A stretch of 40,905 nt of DNA from contig CAZTTL010000001.1 in the NCBI GenBank assembly GCA_964616635.1, positions 1-40,905 on the forward strand. Direction: 5' to 3'. The number at the start of each line of letters is the position of its first letter. Positions within the stretch are counted from its first letter, which is position 1. The notes under the pieces are model-generated. The model had not been told where the DNA came from and did not search any database. It worked only from the letters and a program-made list of their open reading frames with translations. The translations under genes and the position numbers were made by a program. Below are positions 18,621-27,519 of this stretch, piece after piece. Origin of the DNA: an uncultured Rhodoplanes sp. GTDB lineage: Bacteria; Pseudomonadota; Alphaproteobacteria; Rhizobiales; Xanthobacteraceae.

Positions 18621-20198
18621 TCAGGTCTTTCTCTGGATGAAATCGGCGGCACGCTCGCCGATCATCACGATCGTCGTATGCGTGTTGGCAGCCGGGATCG
18701 CCGGCATGATCGAGCCGTCGGCGACGCGGAGGCCGTCGACGCCATGCACTTTCAGTTCGGGATCGACGACCGCCATGCGGTCGATACCCATCTTGCAGGA
18801 TCCAACGAAGTGGTAATAGGAGCCGACATTCTCGATGACCCAGTCCCGAAGCTGAGCGTCGGTGGTGACCGCCGGTCCGGGCCCAACTTCCTGCAGGCCG
18901 AGCGCCGCGAAGGCTTTGGTCCGATAAATATCGCGCGCGATCTTCACCATCGTCACGATCCGATCGATGTCGACCGGCTCCGCGCCGAAATTGGCGCTGA
19001 TGTCGGGTGCAACCATCGGGTCGGCGCTCGCCAAGCGCACCCAGCCGCGCGACAGCGGCCGTACCAGCCCCGGCAGGCTCAAGATCACATGCGGATCAAC
19101 CAATTGGGTTACCGGCTGGATCGGCTGACCCGTTTGCAGCCGGTTGACCACGTTAGCGAAGAAGGCGTCGCCGAACGGCGCGCGGTGCACCAGACAGATT
19201 TCGAGATCGGGTGCCGGCATGCTTGGCGCCGAGCCCCAGAACAGCCCGACTTCGGTCATGTTGCCGCGCGGGTCGGGACCCGGCTCCGCCATCCGGCCGA
19301 ACGGGCCGATGACGAGCGGATGATCGTGAAAGTTCTCGCCGACGCCGGGTAGATCGACCCGCACGTCGATGCCATGCTGGCGCAGCTGATCGGCCGGACC
19401 GATACCGGACAGCATCAGCAGCTTTGGAGACTCCATGGCGCCGGCGCAGACGATCACCTCGCTGCTGCAGCTTACCGTGACCGCCCGACCGTTTTCGACA
19501 TACTCGACCCCGACGCAGCGGTTCTGCTCGAGCAGCAAGCGCGTCGCGCGCGCGCCGGTCTTCAGCGTGATATTGCCGCGCGCCAGTGACGGCTGGAGAT
19601 AGGAGGTGAGCACGCCGCCGCGCCGACCATCCTTCATGTCGAGATGATGCCAACCGCAGCCGAATGCCGAGGCGTTGAAATCATCGACCAGCGGATAGCC
19701 GAGCTCGACGCACGCGTCGAGAAACACCTGCGAGATCGGATTCCCGGTGTCCTTGGCGTTGACGACGGTGATAGGACCGCCCTTCCCCGCCGTCGGATTG
19801 GTGTCGTCGAGTTGGTTTTCGAGCCGCTGGAAATACGGCAGGCAGTCCTGGAAGGACCAGCCGGTGCAGCCATGATAGGCCCAGTTGTCGAGATCGGCTG
19901 GCCGCGCCCGCACATGCATCATGTGGTAGACGATGGAGCCGCCACCGGTGCCGCGACCGGCGGCCGAATAGATACGGCGATTGTTGAGCGCCGGCGCCGG
20001 CGCACTGTTATATGCCCAGTCGAGGTCGGTGAGCAGCAGCTCGTTCCAACGCCAAGGAACCTGGACGGCCTCCGGAAGATCGCCGGTGCCTGCCTCCAGG
20101 AGGAGAATCTTCACACCCGGCAGCGCGCCGAGCCGATAAGCCACGGTCGACCCCGCGGGTCCCGAACCGACAATGATGAAGTCATAGCCGTCCGCCAT
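18621..20198 (-). CDS. GMC family FAD oxidoreductase (atypical flavin-loop motif)
   Basis: YDFIIVGSGPAG, CAGAMESPKLLMLSGIG, GVGENFHDH, YYHFVGSCKMG, LRVADGSIMP...ANT. GGAGGAGG RBS. Confidence 0.95.
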   Translation of the reverse strand: MADGYDFIIVGSGPAGSTVAYRLGALPGVKILLLEAGTGDLPEAVQVPWRWNELLLTDLDWAYNSAPAPALNNRRIYSAAGRGTGGGSIVYHMMHVRARPADLDNWAYHGCTGWSFQDCLPYFQRLENQLDDTNPTAGKGGPITVVNAKDTGNPISQVFLDACVELGYPLVDDFNASAFGCGWHHLDMKDGRRGGVLTSYLQPSLARGNITLKTGARATRLLLEQNRCVGVEYVENGRAVTVSCSSEVIVCAGAMESPKLLMLSGIGPADQLRQHGIDVRVDLPGVGENFHDHPLVIGPFGRMAEPGPDPRGNMTEVGLFWGSAPSMPAPDLEICLVHRAPFGDAFFANVVNRLQTGQPIQPVTQLVDPHVILSLPGLVRPLSRGWVRLASADPMVAPDISANFGAEPVDIDRIVTMVKIARDIYRTKAFAALGLQEVGPGPAVTTDAQLRDWVIENVGSYYHFVGSCKMGIDRMAVVDPELKVHGVDGLRVADGSIMPAIPAANTHTTIVMIGERAADFIQRKT

Positions 20199-20216
20199 TT
20201 GTGCCTCCTCCCGCCT

Positions 20217-20543
20217 TCATCCGCTCTGCCGGGCGGCGATTACGGCCTCGATGTCGTCCTGCGTCAGGCTCGGGATCACGTCCTTGAGCAGATACGCGAA
20301 ATAAGACTGGCCCCACATCGTCTCCCAAAGCGGGAAATGCGCATCGAAGGTTTCGTTGCGCTTTGCCGCCAAGTGCGCCTCGAGGTCCCAGATCAGGCGG
20401 TCAAACTCGGCCTCCGTGAATGGCAGTCCGAAGGCGGCCGCGGTTGCGATCACGTCATCCTTGCTGCGTCCGGCGAGCGCGTCGAGAAGGTCGGCGCGAA
20501 TCGCCACGGTGCGAAGGAACGCAATGAGATTGCGCTCGGTCAT
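20217..20543 (-). CDS. Nif11-like small protein B
   Basis: MTERNLIAFL..V....DL.......DDVIATA...GLPFTEAE matches the Nif11 leader pattern (S...L.AF...A...GF.FT.EE). C-terminal FDAHFPLWETMWGQSYFAYL. Confidence 0.75.
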   Translation of the reverse strand: MTERNLIAFLRTVAIRADLLDALAGRSKDDVIATAAAFGLPFTEAEFDRLIWDLEAHLAAKRNETFDAHFPLWETMWGQSYFAYLLKDVIPSLTQDDIEAVIAARQSG

Positions 20544-20872
20544 CCGGCGGTTCCTTGCGCAGGCGCGATCAGATTGCGCAGCTCGCCGTCGCTGTGACGG
20601 CGCACCTGCTCGATCAGGTAGCCGAGATGGTTACGACCCCACATCTGTCGCCACAGCCGGGCGGAGCCATCAAACGGGTCGCGATCCTTGGTGAGAATGA
20701 TGCTGGCTTCGATCCGGCCGGCCACCTCGGCGAGATCCCAGGCGGAAAAATCGAACCCATCATTCTTGGCGTGGAGCAGCAACTGGCTCAGGTTGCGTCC
20801 GTCGTAGCGCGTCAGCAGGGCTGCGTCGTCGCGCGCGGCTATGAAAAAACTCAAAGCGCTTTCGAGAGACAT
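20540..20872 (-). CDS. Nif11-like small protein A
   Basis: MSLESALSFF..ARDD..L.......LLLHAKNDGFDFSAWDL Nif11 pattern; C-terminal FDGSARLWRQMWGRNHLGYL. ATGA overlap with the next gene. Confidence 0.75.
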   Translation of the reverse strand: MSLESALSFFIAARDDAALLTRYDGRNLSQLLLHAKNDGFDFSAWDLAEVAGRIEASIILTKDRDPFDGSARLWRQMWGRNHLGYLIEQVRRHSDGELRNLIAPAQGTAG

Positions 20873-20889
20873 CGCGACTTATCTCCCGT

Positions 20890-21612
20890 TCATTCCGGTG
20901 CCGGTACGCCGGGCGTGTATGGCCGCGGCTCGGGCCCGATGATCCAGTTTTCGCGAACGATCATCTCGTGCAGGTACCGCTCCTCGGTGAATAGCCGGTA
21001 GTCGGCGCGAACAAGCTGATGCTCGATGGAGCGGCCAGCGGCGAGCAGTGCATCGAGATTGTCGAACCATAATTGCTCGACACAATCGTGCGGCGCCTCG
21101 CCGACCGAATAGAAGCCGTCGACGACATGGCCTTGCACGTATCGGCGAAGCCCGGGCACATGCAGTACTTCGGCGGCGTGGGTGCCGAGGCAGTATTCCT
21201 TGAACGCCGGCAGCGGCAGACCTTCCCGCCGCTTCGAGAGTACCAACAGCTTCGCCATGCCATTGTCGCGGGTCTCCGGCGGCCCCGGAAGGATCTCGTG
21301 TGCGGTGGTGTCGAGGCCCCGCGTCAGCCAGAAGGCCGCCCAATTCGGCTCATCGGCGCGGGCGCCTTGCAGGAATTCGGGCGTCTGCAGCGACGCCAGC
21401 TGCTCCTCGACATTGGCCAGCCAGATTTCGGCGACGCCGCCCCATAGTGGCGCAACTTCATCCGGCAGCGGAATGCGCGTGTCGATCAGATAGCGGCGGA
21501 TCTGCGGGATGTGCCGTGCGTAGCGCTGGGCGTGAATCTCCACCCAGTAGCGCTGAAACGCCTCTTCGGACAGGCCCGGTCGCGGCGCGGCGAAGATGAA
21601 CTGGTGGATCAT
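20890..21612 (-). CDS. Tandem EthD-domain protein
   Basis: Two repeats: PRPGLSEEAFQRYWVEIHA...IPQIRRY...GVAEIW and KRREGL...AFKEY...THA...VPGLRRYVQ...DCVEQLWF. Confidence 0.88.
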   Translation of the reverse strand: MIHQFIFAAPRPGLSEEAFQRYWVEIHAQRYARHIPQIRRYLIDTRIPLPDEVAPLWGGVAEIWLANVEEQLASLQTPEFLQGARADEPNWAAFWLTRGLDTTAHEILPGPPETRDNGMAKLLVLSKRREGLPLPAFKEYCLGTHAAEVLHVPGLRRYVQGHVVDGFYSVGEAPHDCVEQLWFDNLDALLAAGRSIEHQLVRADYRLFTEERYLHEMIVRENWIIGPEPRPYTPGVPAPE

Positions 21613-23201
21613 GCCGGCACCTTTGCACCTGCGGCGATTGCGGGCCCACCGAGGGTAGCGGCGGCGGTCCGTTGTCCGCGGATGAGCTCAGCCGCTTTCT
21701 CGGCAATCATCATGATTGCGGCGTTGGGATTGCCATTGACCAGCCGCGGCATCGCCGACGCGTCGGCGATGCGCAGCCCGTCGATGCCGTTGACGCGCAG
21801 TTCCGGATCGACCACGGCCCGCTCGTCGACGCCCATTCGACAGGTGCAGGCCGGGTGCCAGACGGTCGAGGCGGCAGCCCGCACATAGCGGCGCAGATCG
21901 TCTTTGCTGGTCACTGCGGCGCCCGGCGCCAATTCGTTGCCGGCGAGGTCCTTGAACGCCGCCGTATTCACCAGTTCGCGTGCGTAGCGAATGCCGTATT
22001 CGAGCACCGCGACGTCGTCTTCCTCCGTCAGGTATTGCGGATCGAGGCGCGCATTCACCGTCGGGTCGGTTGATGCCAGCGTCACCGTCCCCCGACTCTT
22101 CGGCTGGGCAAGGATCGGGGCAAAGGTGAAGCAGGGATTGTCGGTCTGAAACCCGAAGGCGACAGGACCGAAGAAATACTGCAGGTCGGGCGAGGCATCC
22201 CGTGATCCGACCCCCGACCACGTGAACAGTCCAGCTTCTGCGAGCATTTCCGCCGGATCTTGCGGCGTGCGACATTCGTAGCCGACCCCAAGCAGCATGT
22301 GGTCTTGGAGATCGGCACCGACGCCGACGAGGTCACGTTCCACCGCAATCCCGAGCGCGGAAAGCTGTGCCGCGGGACCGAGCCCGGACAGCATCATGAG
22401 CTTGGGCGTCTCGTAGGCTCCGGCACACAGGATAACCTCGCGCACGGCGCGGATGGTGGCGACCCCATCAGGCCCGGTATAGGTCACGCCGCAGGCGCGG
22501 CCCTTCTCGATGACGATGCGCGTCGCCCTCGTATTTGTAAGCAGCCGGAAGTTTCGCTGGGCGAGAATGGGACGGACGAATGCGGACGCGGCGGTTACCC
22601 GCACGGCATCGATGGTTCGGGTGGATTGATAGAAGCCGGCGCCCGCCTCCTGCGATGCACCGTTGAAGTCGTTGTATGTCTGCTTGGCACCGAGCAGCGC
22701 TGCCGCCTCCACGAAGGCATGGGACGATGTCGACGGCGTCTGCATGTCGATGATTGAGAGAGGGCCATTGTCGCCATGATACGGAGACAGCGGCCCGTGA
22801 TAGGTTTCTGATTTCTTGAAGTAGGGCAGCACCTCGTCATAGGACCAGCCGCGATTGCCGAGCTTGGCCCAGTCGTCGAAGTTACGGCGATTGCCGCGGA
22901 TATAGATCATCGCATTGACGGCACTCGATCCGCCGAGAACCTTGCCGCGCGCCACATCGATGGTGCGACCGCCGAGCCCCGCCTGCGGCGTCGTCGCATA
23001 GCCCCAATTCTCTGCGGCGCGCGGATCCCACAGGCTGAACATCGGGCCGAGGCCGATCGCGTAGATGGCCGGATTAGTGTCCATGCCGCCGCACTCCAAA
23101 AGAGCAACGGTGACGTGTGGATCGATGGCGAGCCGGGCCGCCAATACGCACCCAGCCGTGCCGGCGCCGACGACGACGTAATCGACCGAGTTATCTGGCA
23201 T
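21609..23201 (-). CDS. GMC family FAD oxidoreductase (choline dehydrogenase-like fold)
   Basis: VDYVVVGAGTAG, RGKVLGGSSAVNAMIYIRG, VWHPACTCRMG, LRIADASAMP..VNGNPNA. Start at ATG 23201. Confidence 0.95.
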   Translation of the reverse strand: MPDNSVDYVVVGAGTAGCVLAARLAIDPHVTVALLECGGMDTNPAIYAIGLGPMFSLWDPRAAENWGYATTPQAGLGGRTIDVARGKVLGGSSAVNAMIYIRGNRRNFDDWAKLGNRGWSYDEVLPYFKKSETYHGPLSPYHGDNGPLSIIDMQTPSTSSHAFVEAAALLGAKQTYNDFNGASQEAGAGFYQSTRTIDAVRVTAASAFVRPILAQRNFRLLTNTRATRIVIEKGRACGVTYTGPDGVATIRAVREVILCAGAYETPKLMMLSGLGPAAQLSALGIAVERDLVGVGADLQDHMLLGVGYECRTPQDPAEMLAEAGLFTWSGVGSRDASPDLQYFFGPVAFGFQTDNPCFTFAPILAQPKSRGTVTLASTDPTVNARLDPQYLTEEDDVAVLEYGIRYARELVNTAAFKDLAGNELAPGAAVTSKDDLRRYVRAAASTVWHPACTCRMGVDERAVVDPELRVNGIDGLRIADASAMPRLVNGNPNAAIMMIAEKAAELIRGQRTAAATLGGPAIAAGAKVPA

Positions 23202-23249
23202 CGACCTCACTCCACAAACATGTCGCTCGGATCGCTTCGCCTCGCGCCT

Positions 23250-24143
23250 TCACCGCATCGGGTTTTTCTTGAGGAAGGTATGGATGGCTTCGCCGACGGC
23301 GATCGGATTCATGCTTTGCATGCCGTGGGTGGCGTTCATGATGCCGCACCGCTCCGCCTGCGGCAGCCAGGACATCAAGAACGCCTGGGTTTCACGAAAG
23401 CCGGGCATCGCGGCCTCGCTGTCGAGCCCCATCACTGCGAGCACCGGCATTGTCGGCTTCCGCTGCACGAGGCTGTCGGCCTGCGACATGCGGAATCCCC
23501 AATTGCTGATGGCCACGAAATCCACGGTGAAGGTCGTGTCGACCGCTTCCTCGACACGGCGCCAGACGTCGAGCGGATTGGTCATATCGACCGAGCCGAG
23601 AAAGCTTGGTCCGCATACCAGCTCCATGTAGAGCTGGGCCGCACCAAGCTTGTCGCCGGCTTGATAAAGTTCGTTGGCGCGGTTGAACGCGTCGATATTG
23701 GCCTGCACCGCTGCCGGCGACTCGCGCGGCAGGTACGGTTCGAGCAGGACCGCGGAATGCGCCCGCTCCGGATAGGACAGCAGGAACTGGAATGCGATCA
23801 CGCCGCCGAACGAAAACGCGACGATATGCGCTTTCTTGAGGCCCAGATGGTCGAGCAGCTGCTTGACGTGCTCAGCCCCCTCTTCGATGCTCAGTGAATT
23901 CTTTTCCAGCGTGCTGCCATTGTAGCCGGCGCGGTAATAGGTAATGAGCTGATAGTCGTCGAACAGCGGCGGATAGAATCGCAGCGGCGTGATCAAGCTG
24001 TCTGCGATGCTGGTGCCGTGGATGCACAGCACGGGCTCGCCTTGGCCAAGCACCGTGTAGCGCAGCACCGCATTGCTGACCTTCGCTGTCTTGTCGAGGT
24101 CGACGTTCCATTCCCGACCGATGTAGAAGGCGTGCTGGGGCAT
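23250..24143 (-). CDS. Alpha/beta fold hydrolase
   Basis: GQGEPVLCIHG oxyanion region, RAGYNGS, nucleophile elbow AFSFGG, C-terminal ATHGM. Start at ATG 24143 with GGAG RBS. Confidence 0.88.
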   Translation of the reverse strand: MPQHAFYIGREWNVDLDKTAKVSNAVLRYTVLGQGEPVLCIHGTSIADSLITPLRFYPPLFDDYQLITYYRAGYNGSTLEKNSLSIEEGAEHVKQLLDHLGLKKAHIVAFSFGGVIAFQFLLSYPERAHSAVLLEPYLPRESPAAVQANIDAFNRANELYQAGDKLGAAQLYMELVCGPSFLGSVDMTNPLDVWRRVEEAVDTTFTVDFVAISNWGFRMSQADSLVQRKPTMPVLAVMGLDSEAAMPGFRETQAFLMSWLPQAERCGIMNATHGMQSMNPIAVGEAIHTFLKKNPMR

Positions 24144-24171
24144 GCTCGGTGCTCCGATCGCTGTTCTAGTT

Positions 24172-25854
24172 TCAGCGGGCAACATGATCTTCCAAGATCA
24201 GGTCAATGAGGTACGGTCCGTCGTGCGTCAGCATCGCGGTGATCGCGCCCGCCATCTCGTCCGGCTTGGTCACGCGCGTTCCCGGGACGCCGAATCCTTT
24301 CGCCAGCGATATGAAATCCACATCGGGGTCGCGAATATCGAAGGCAGACGGAAAGTCGCCCTGCTGGGTGTTGAGGTTTCGCCAATAGACGACAAGATTG
24401 TCTTTGAGGATGCGATAGCTGCGGTTGTTGCAGACGATGAATTTGGCGTTCACGCGCGAATGCGCCGCAGTCCACAGCGCCGCAATCGTGAAGATCGCGC
24501 CGCCGTCGCCGCTGAGACCCACCACCGTGCGTTCGGGATGCGCCAGCTTTACCCCGATTGCGCCGGGAAAGCCGATGCCGAGCGTGCCACCCGGCGTTTG
24601 GAAGAAATTCCCCGGCGTGTCGGGCGGCAAGTAGCGCGTCAGCGCGCCTGAATTGGTGAGCGCCTCATCGACAATGATCACGTCCTTTGGCAAGTGCTTC
24701 GCCAACTCTTCGGCAAAGGCCGACATGTGCAACGGGACGGTCTTGCGCTCGGCAATGTCGGCCTCCAGCGCGGTGCTACGTGCAGCCTCCTTTTGCGCGC
24801 GCATACGTTCCGTGCGTGCACGCGCCGCCGCCTTTTGCGCCGCGGTCATTTGTTCCGCCAGCTTGGCCGCGATCAGCCGCAGGGTCGGCTTCGGATCACT
24901 GACCAGTCCGAGCGTGATTGGGTGGTTCTTCGCGATGTCGTAGGCGCTCAAATCAATGTGGACGATCGTGGCGTCGGCCCGAAATGGATTTTCCAACAAA
25001 GGAAAGACGTCGGGAAAGACATAGGTACCGACGATCACGACCGCGTCTGCATTGGCCACAGTCTCGCGGCTGTGGCTGCCGAACATGTGGCCGGCCAGGC
25101 CTCGATAGAGAGGATGCGTCCAGGGGATATTGACCTCCGAGGCCATCGCACCCCAAACGCCTGCTCCCAGTGTCTCAGCGAGCTGCGCCAGTTCTGCCTG
25201 CGCCTGCGCATGGGAGACCCCGTCCCCCATGATGATGACCGGTTGCTCGGCTCCGGCGAGCAATGCGGCGGCGCGCGCGATGGCCGCCTGTTCCGGCACT
25301 GTGCGCGTGTCGGGAATAACGGTCGGCAGCACCGGCTCGGTGTTTTGCTGGTCGAGGATGTCCTGGGGAACGGCCAGAAAGGTCGGCCCGAATGGTGGGG
25401 TCGCCGCAATCTTGATGCAGCGCCGCAGCAGGCGCAGGACGCTGTCGGGGTGGATCGCGCGCGCTGCGTATTTGGTCACCGGTCGCACGAAAGTGACGAG
25501 GTCAAGCGCCATATGCGCATCCAGCGCGTCATAGGCCGCGCCCGCCTCGCCGGCGATCACGACCAAAGGTGCGCGCTGCTTGCGGAATGCATGGTAGAGG
25601 CTGCCGAGCGCATTGCCGGTGCCGACGCTGCAATGGAGCTGCACGGCCGTCGGCTTTTGCGTCGCCGAAGCGTATCCATTCGCGATCAGCATCAGGGCCG
25701 CTTCCTGCAGGCCCAGAACGTAGCGGATTTTTGGGAAGTGGCTGATCTCGTCGAGCAGCCCTTCCTCGCTGCTGCCCGGATTGCCAAACAGTGTGGTGAT
25801 GCCGTCAGCCTCGAGCTGCTCAAGCAGTTTGCGATGGCCTGTTGCTGCGGGCAT
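24172..25854 (-). CDS. Thiamine diphosphate-dependent enzyme, benzoylformate decarboxylase (MdlC)-like
   Basis: FGNPGSSE, GLQEAA (catalytic Glu), LHCSVGTGNALG (cf. MdlC LHSAAGTGNAMG), ThDP motif GDGG...LWTAA...NNRSY. Start at ATG 25854 with AAGGAG RBS. Confidence 0.9.
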   Translation of the reverse strand: MPAATGHRKLLEQLEADGITTLFGNPGSSEEGLLDEISHFPKIRYVLGLQEAALMLIANGYASATQKPTAVQLHCSVGTGNALGSLYHAFRKQRAPLVVIAGEAGAAYDALDAHMALDLVTFVRPVTKYAARAIHPDSVLRLLRRCIKIAATPPFGPTFLAVPQDILDQQNTEPVLPTVIPDTRTVPEQAAIARAAALLAGAEQPVIIMGDGVSHAQAQAELAQLAETLGAGVWGAMASEVNIPWTHPLYRGLAGHMFGSHSRETVANADAVVIVGTYVFPDVFPLLENPFRADATIVHIDLSAYDIAKNHPITLGLVSDPKPTLRLIAAKLAEQMTAAQKAAARARTERMRAQKEAARSTALEADIAERKTVPLHMSAFAEELAKHLPKDVIIVDEALTNSGALTRYLPPDTPGNFFQTPGGTLGIGFPGAIGVKLAHPERTVVGLSGDGGAIFTIAALWTAAHSRVNAKFIVCNNRSYRILKDNLVVYWRNLNTQQGDFPSAFDIRDPDVDFISLAKGFGVPGTRVTKPDEMAGAITAMLTHDGPYLIDLILEDHVAR

Positions 25855-25925
25855 GCCGCCTGCTCCTTCTCGAGTGACGATCGGGAGCCTGCCGAGCCGC
25901 CTTGAGCGGCCGGCAGACAAACGCT

Positions 25926-27494
25926 CTACCAGCCCCAACGGCGTAACGGCGGATCACCGTCGAGGACCTCGATCATTTTCTGACCGGTCAGCACACTGTC
26001 CGGCGTCGACCGGCCGGTGATGAACGGGTAATCGACGATCACACTGGTCGGATGCCCGAAATTCCCGTGGTAAGCGCCATCGGGACCGGTCGCATCCCGC
26101 AGGATGTACTCCAGCGGATAGGGCGGCGGCCCCATGTTGAAGTCGAGAAAGGTATCGCGCGCGCTCACGAAGCCAGTCCCGTCGTGATAGTCATATTCGA
26201 GACAATGGCCGGTGACGTGTTTGCCCCAGATTATGCTCCGCCGCTCATTCATGTCGCGCGCGAAGGCAAGACACGGAACGCCATAGCATTCGGCGCCGAC
26301 CGGCTTTCCAGCCCGCACAAAGGCAAGGATCATGTCGTGCAGACGCTGATTGTTGACCAGGTCGACGATCGGCCCGGAGCCGCCGACGATCAGCATCGTG
26401 GCGTATTTCTCGATGCCCTGCACGGCCTCCTCGAGTGCCCAGTTGTAATGCTCGAGCAGGCGCACGAATTGCGAGGACGCGAAATAGGGTCGCTCGGGAA
26501 ACCACGCGGCCAGGTTGATTGGATTATCGAGCCGCCTGCCCTGCTGCGTTGACGGATTGTCGATCTCGCGCACGCGGGCCGCCATTTCCGGCGTGGTCAC
26601 CGAACGCTGCAGCGGAGGATCGAAGTAGTCGGGGTCCATGCTGACCGGTATGGCGTTCGGCCGACGGCCGGTCGGCGTGCAGAAATCCACCTCATATCCG
26701 ACCTTGTCGAACTCGCCGAGCGGACCGGCTAGTTCCTCGCCCCAATACCCCCACTCCGACAGTACGATCAGCACGCGGCGCTTGCCGGGCCGCGACTCCG
26801 ACGGCGGCGCGGGCGCTGCCGCCGGTTGCGCCGATGTCGACGCCTTCACGATGATGCGGTCGCGGATGGCATCAACCAGTCGCTCCGTCCCGATTGGCCT
26901 CTGGTCGTGCAAGGCGGACATGTTCGTGACGAGGTCATCGTCGACGACCACGTGCTCATACCAAGGGGTGCCGGTTGGCGCCGGCACATAGAAGGCGCCG
27001 GCGTTCAACACATCGGCCAGCATCACTGGATTGCAGGTGACCCGCCGACCCGCGAGGTAGTCCGGCGACGGCGTCAGCAGCCACAACGCATGGCACGGCG
27101 CGCCCTTGACGAGCCGGCGGTTGCGCATTGCAGCGCGGAAAAAGTAAACGGCGGGCGCCCGTCGCGTTGCATCGGCCGGATTGGAACTGGTCGCAGCCGC
27201 TTCGTTCCAGCGCAGCCTTACGCTGGTATAGTTGGCAGCCATGATCAACGCCGCATAGTCGTCGAGATTCACCTGGGTGAAATCGATCGAAACGTCGAGC
27301 GTTTCGGGGGTCGTGCCGGCGGCTTCAACCTCGCTGACGAATGTCTGCTTCGGTTGGCCCCACAAGAGTGACATCAGGTGAACTTCAGCGCCGTAGGAAG
27401 CAAACCGCTCCTGGTAGCACTTGATCTCAGCCGGGATGTATTGCGCTTCGACGAGGACGGCGATCTTCTTGCCGGCGAGCGACTTGTCAGGCAT
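25926..27494 (-). CDS. Fusion of two DJ-1/PfpI (class I GATase-like) domains
   Basis: Domain 1 GKKIAVLVE..Y...E ... APCHALW ... VVVDDDLVT; Pro/Ala linker; domain 2 RVLIVLSEWGYWGEEL ... GGSGP..DL ... AECYG ... ITGRST. Start at ATG 27494 with CAGGAG RBS. Confidence 0.88.
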   Translation of the reverse strand: MPDKSLAGKKIAVLVEAQYIPAEIKCYQERFASYGAEVHLMSLLWGQPKQTFVSEVEAAGTTPETLDVSIDFTQVNLDDYAALIMAANYTSVRLRWNEAAATSSNPADATRRAPAVYFFRAAMRNRRLVKGAPCHALWLLTPSPDYLAGRRVTCNPVMLADVLNAGAFYVPAPTGTPWYEHVVVDDDLVTNMSALHDQRPIGTERLVDAIRDRIIVKASTSAQPAAAPAPPSESRPGKRRVLIVLSEWGYWGEELAGPLGEFDKVGYEVDFCTPTGRRPNAIPVSMDPDYFDPPLQRSVTTPEMAARVREIDNPSTQQGRRLDNPINLAAWFPERPYFASSQFVRLLEHYNWALEEAVQGIEKYATMLIVGGSGPIVDLVNNQRLHDMILAFVRAGKPVGAECYGVPCLAFARDMNERRSIIWGKHVTGHCLEYDYHDGTGFVSARDTFLDFNMGPPPYPLEYILRDATGPDGAYHGNFGHPTSVIVDYPFITGRSTPDSVLTGQKMIEVLDGDPPLRRWGW

Positions 27495-27519
27495 CGGAGT
27501 CTCCTGGCCGTGCGATGCG

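Noticed and set aside
20217-20872. Classical Nif11 RiPP (lanthipeptide/proteusin-type) cluster
   Set aside because: No LanM, YcaO, radical SAM, P450 or C39 peptidase transporter in the window, and the peptides lack a Gly-Gly site and Cys.
18621-23201. betA choline dehydrogenase assignment
   Set aside because: No betB/betI context, and generic GMC motifs do not define the substrate.
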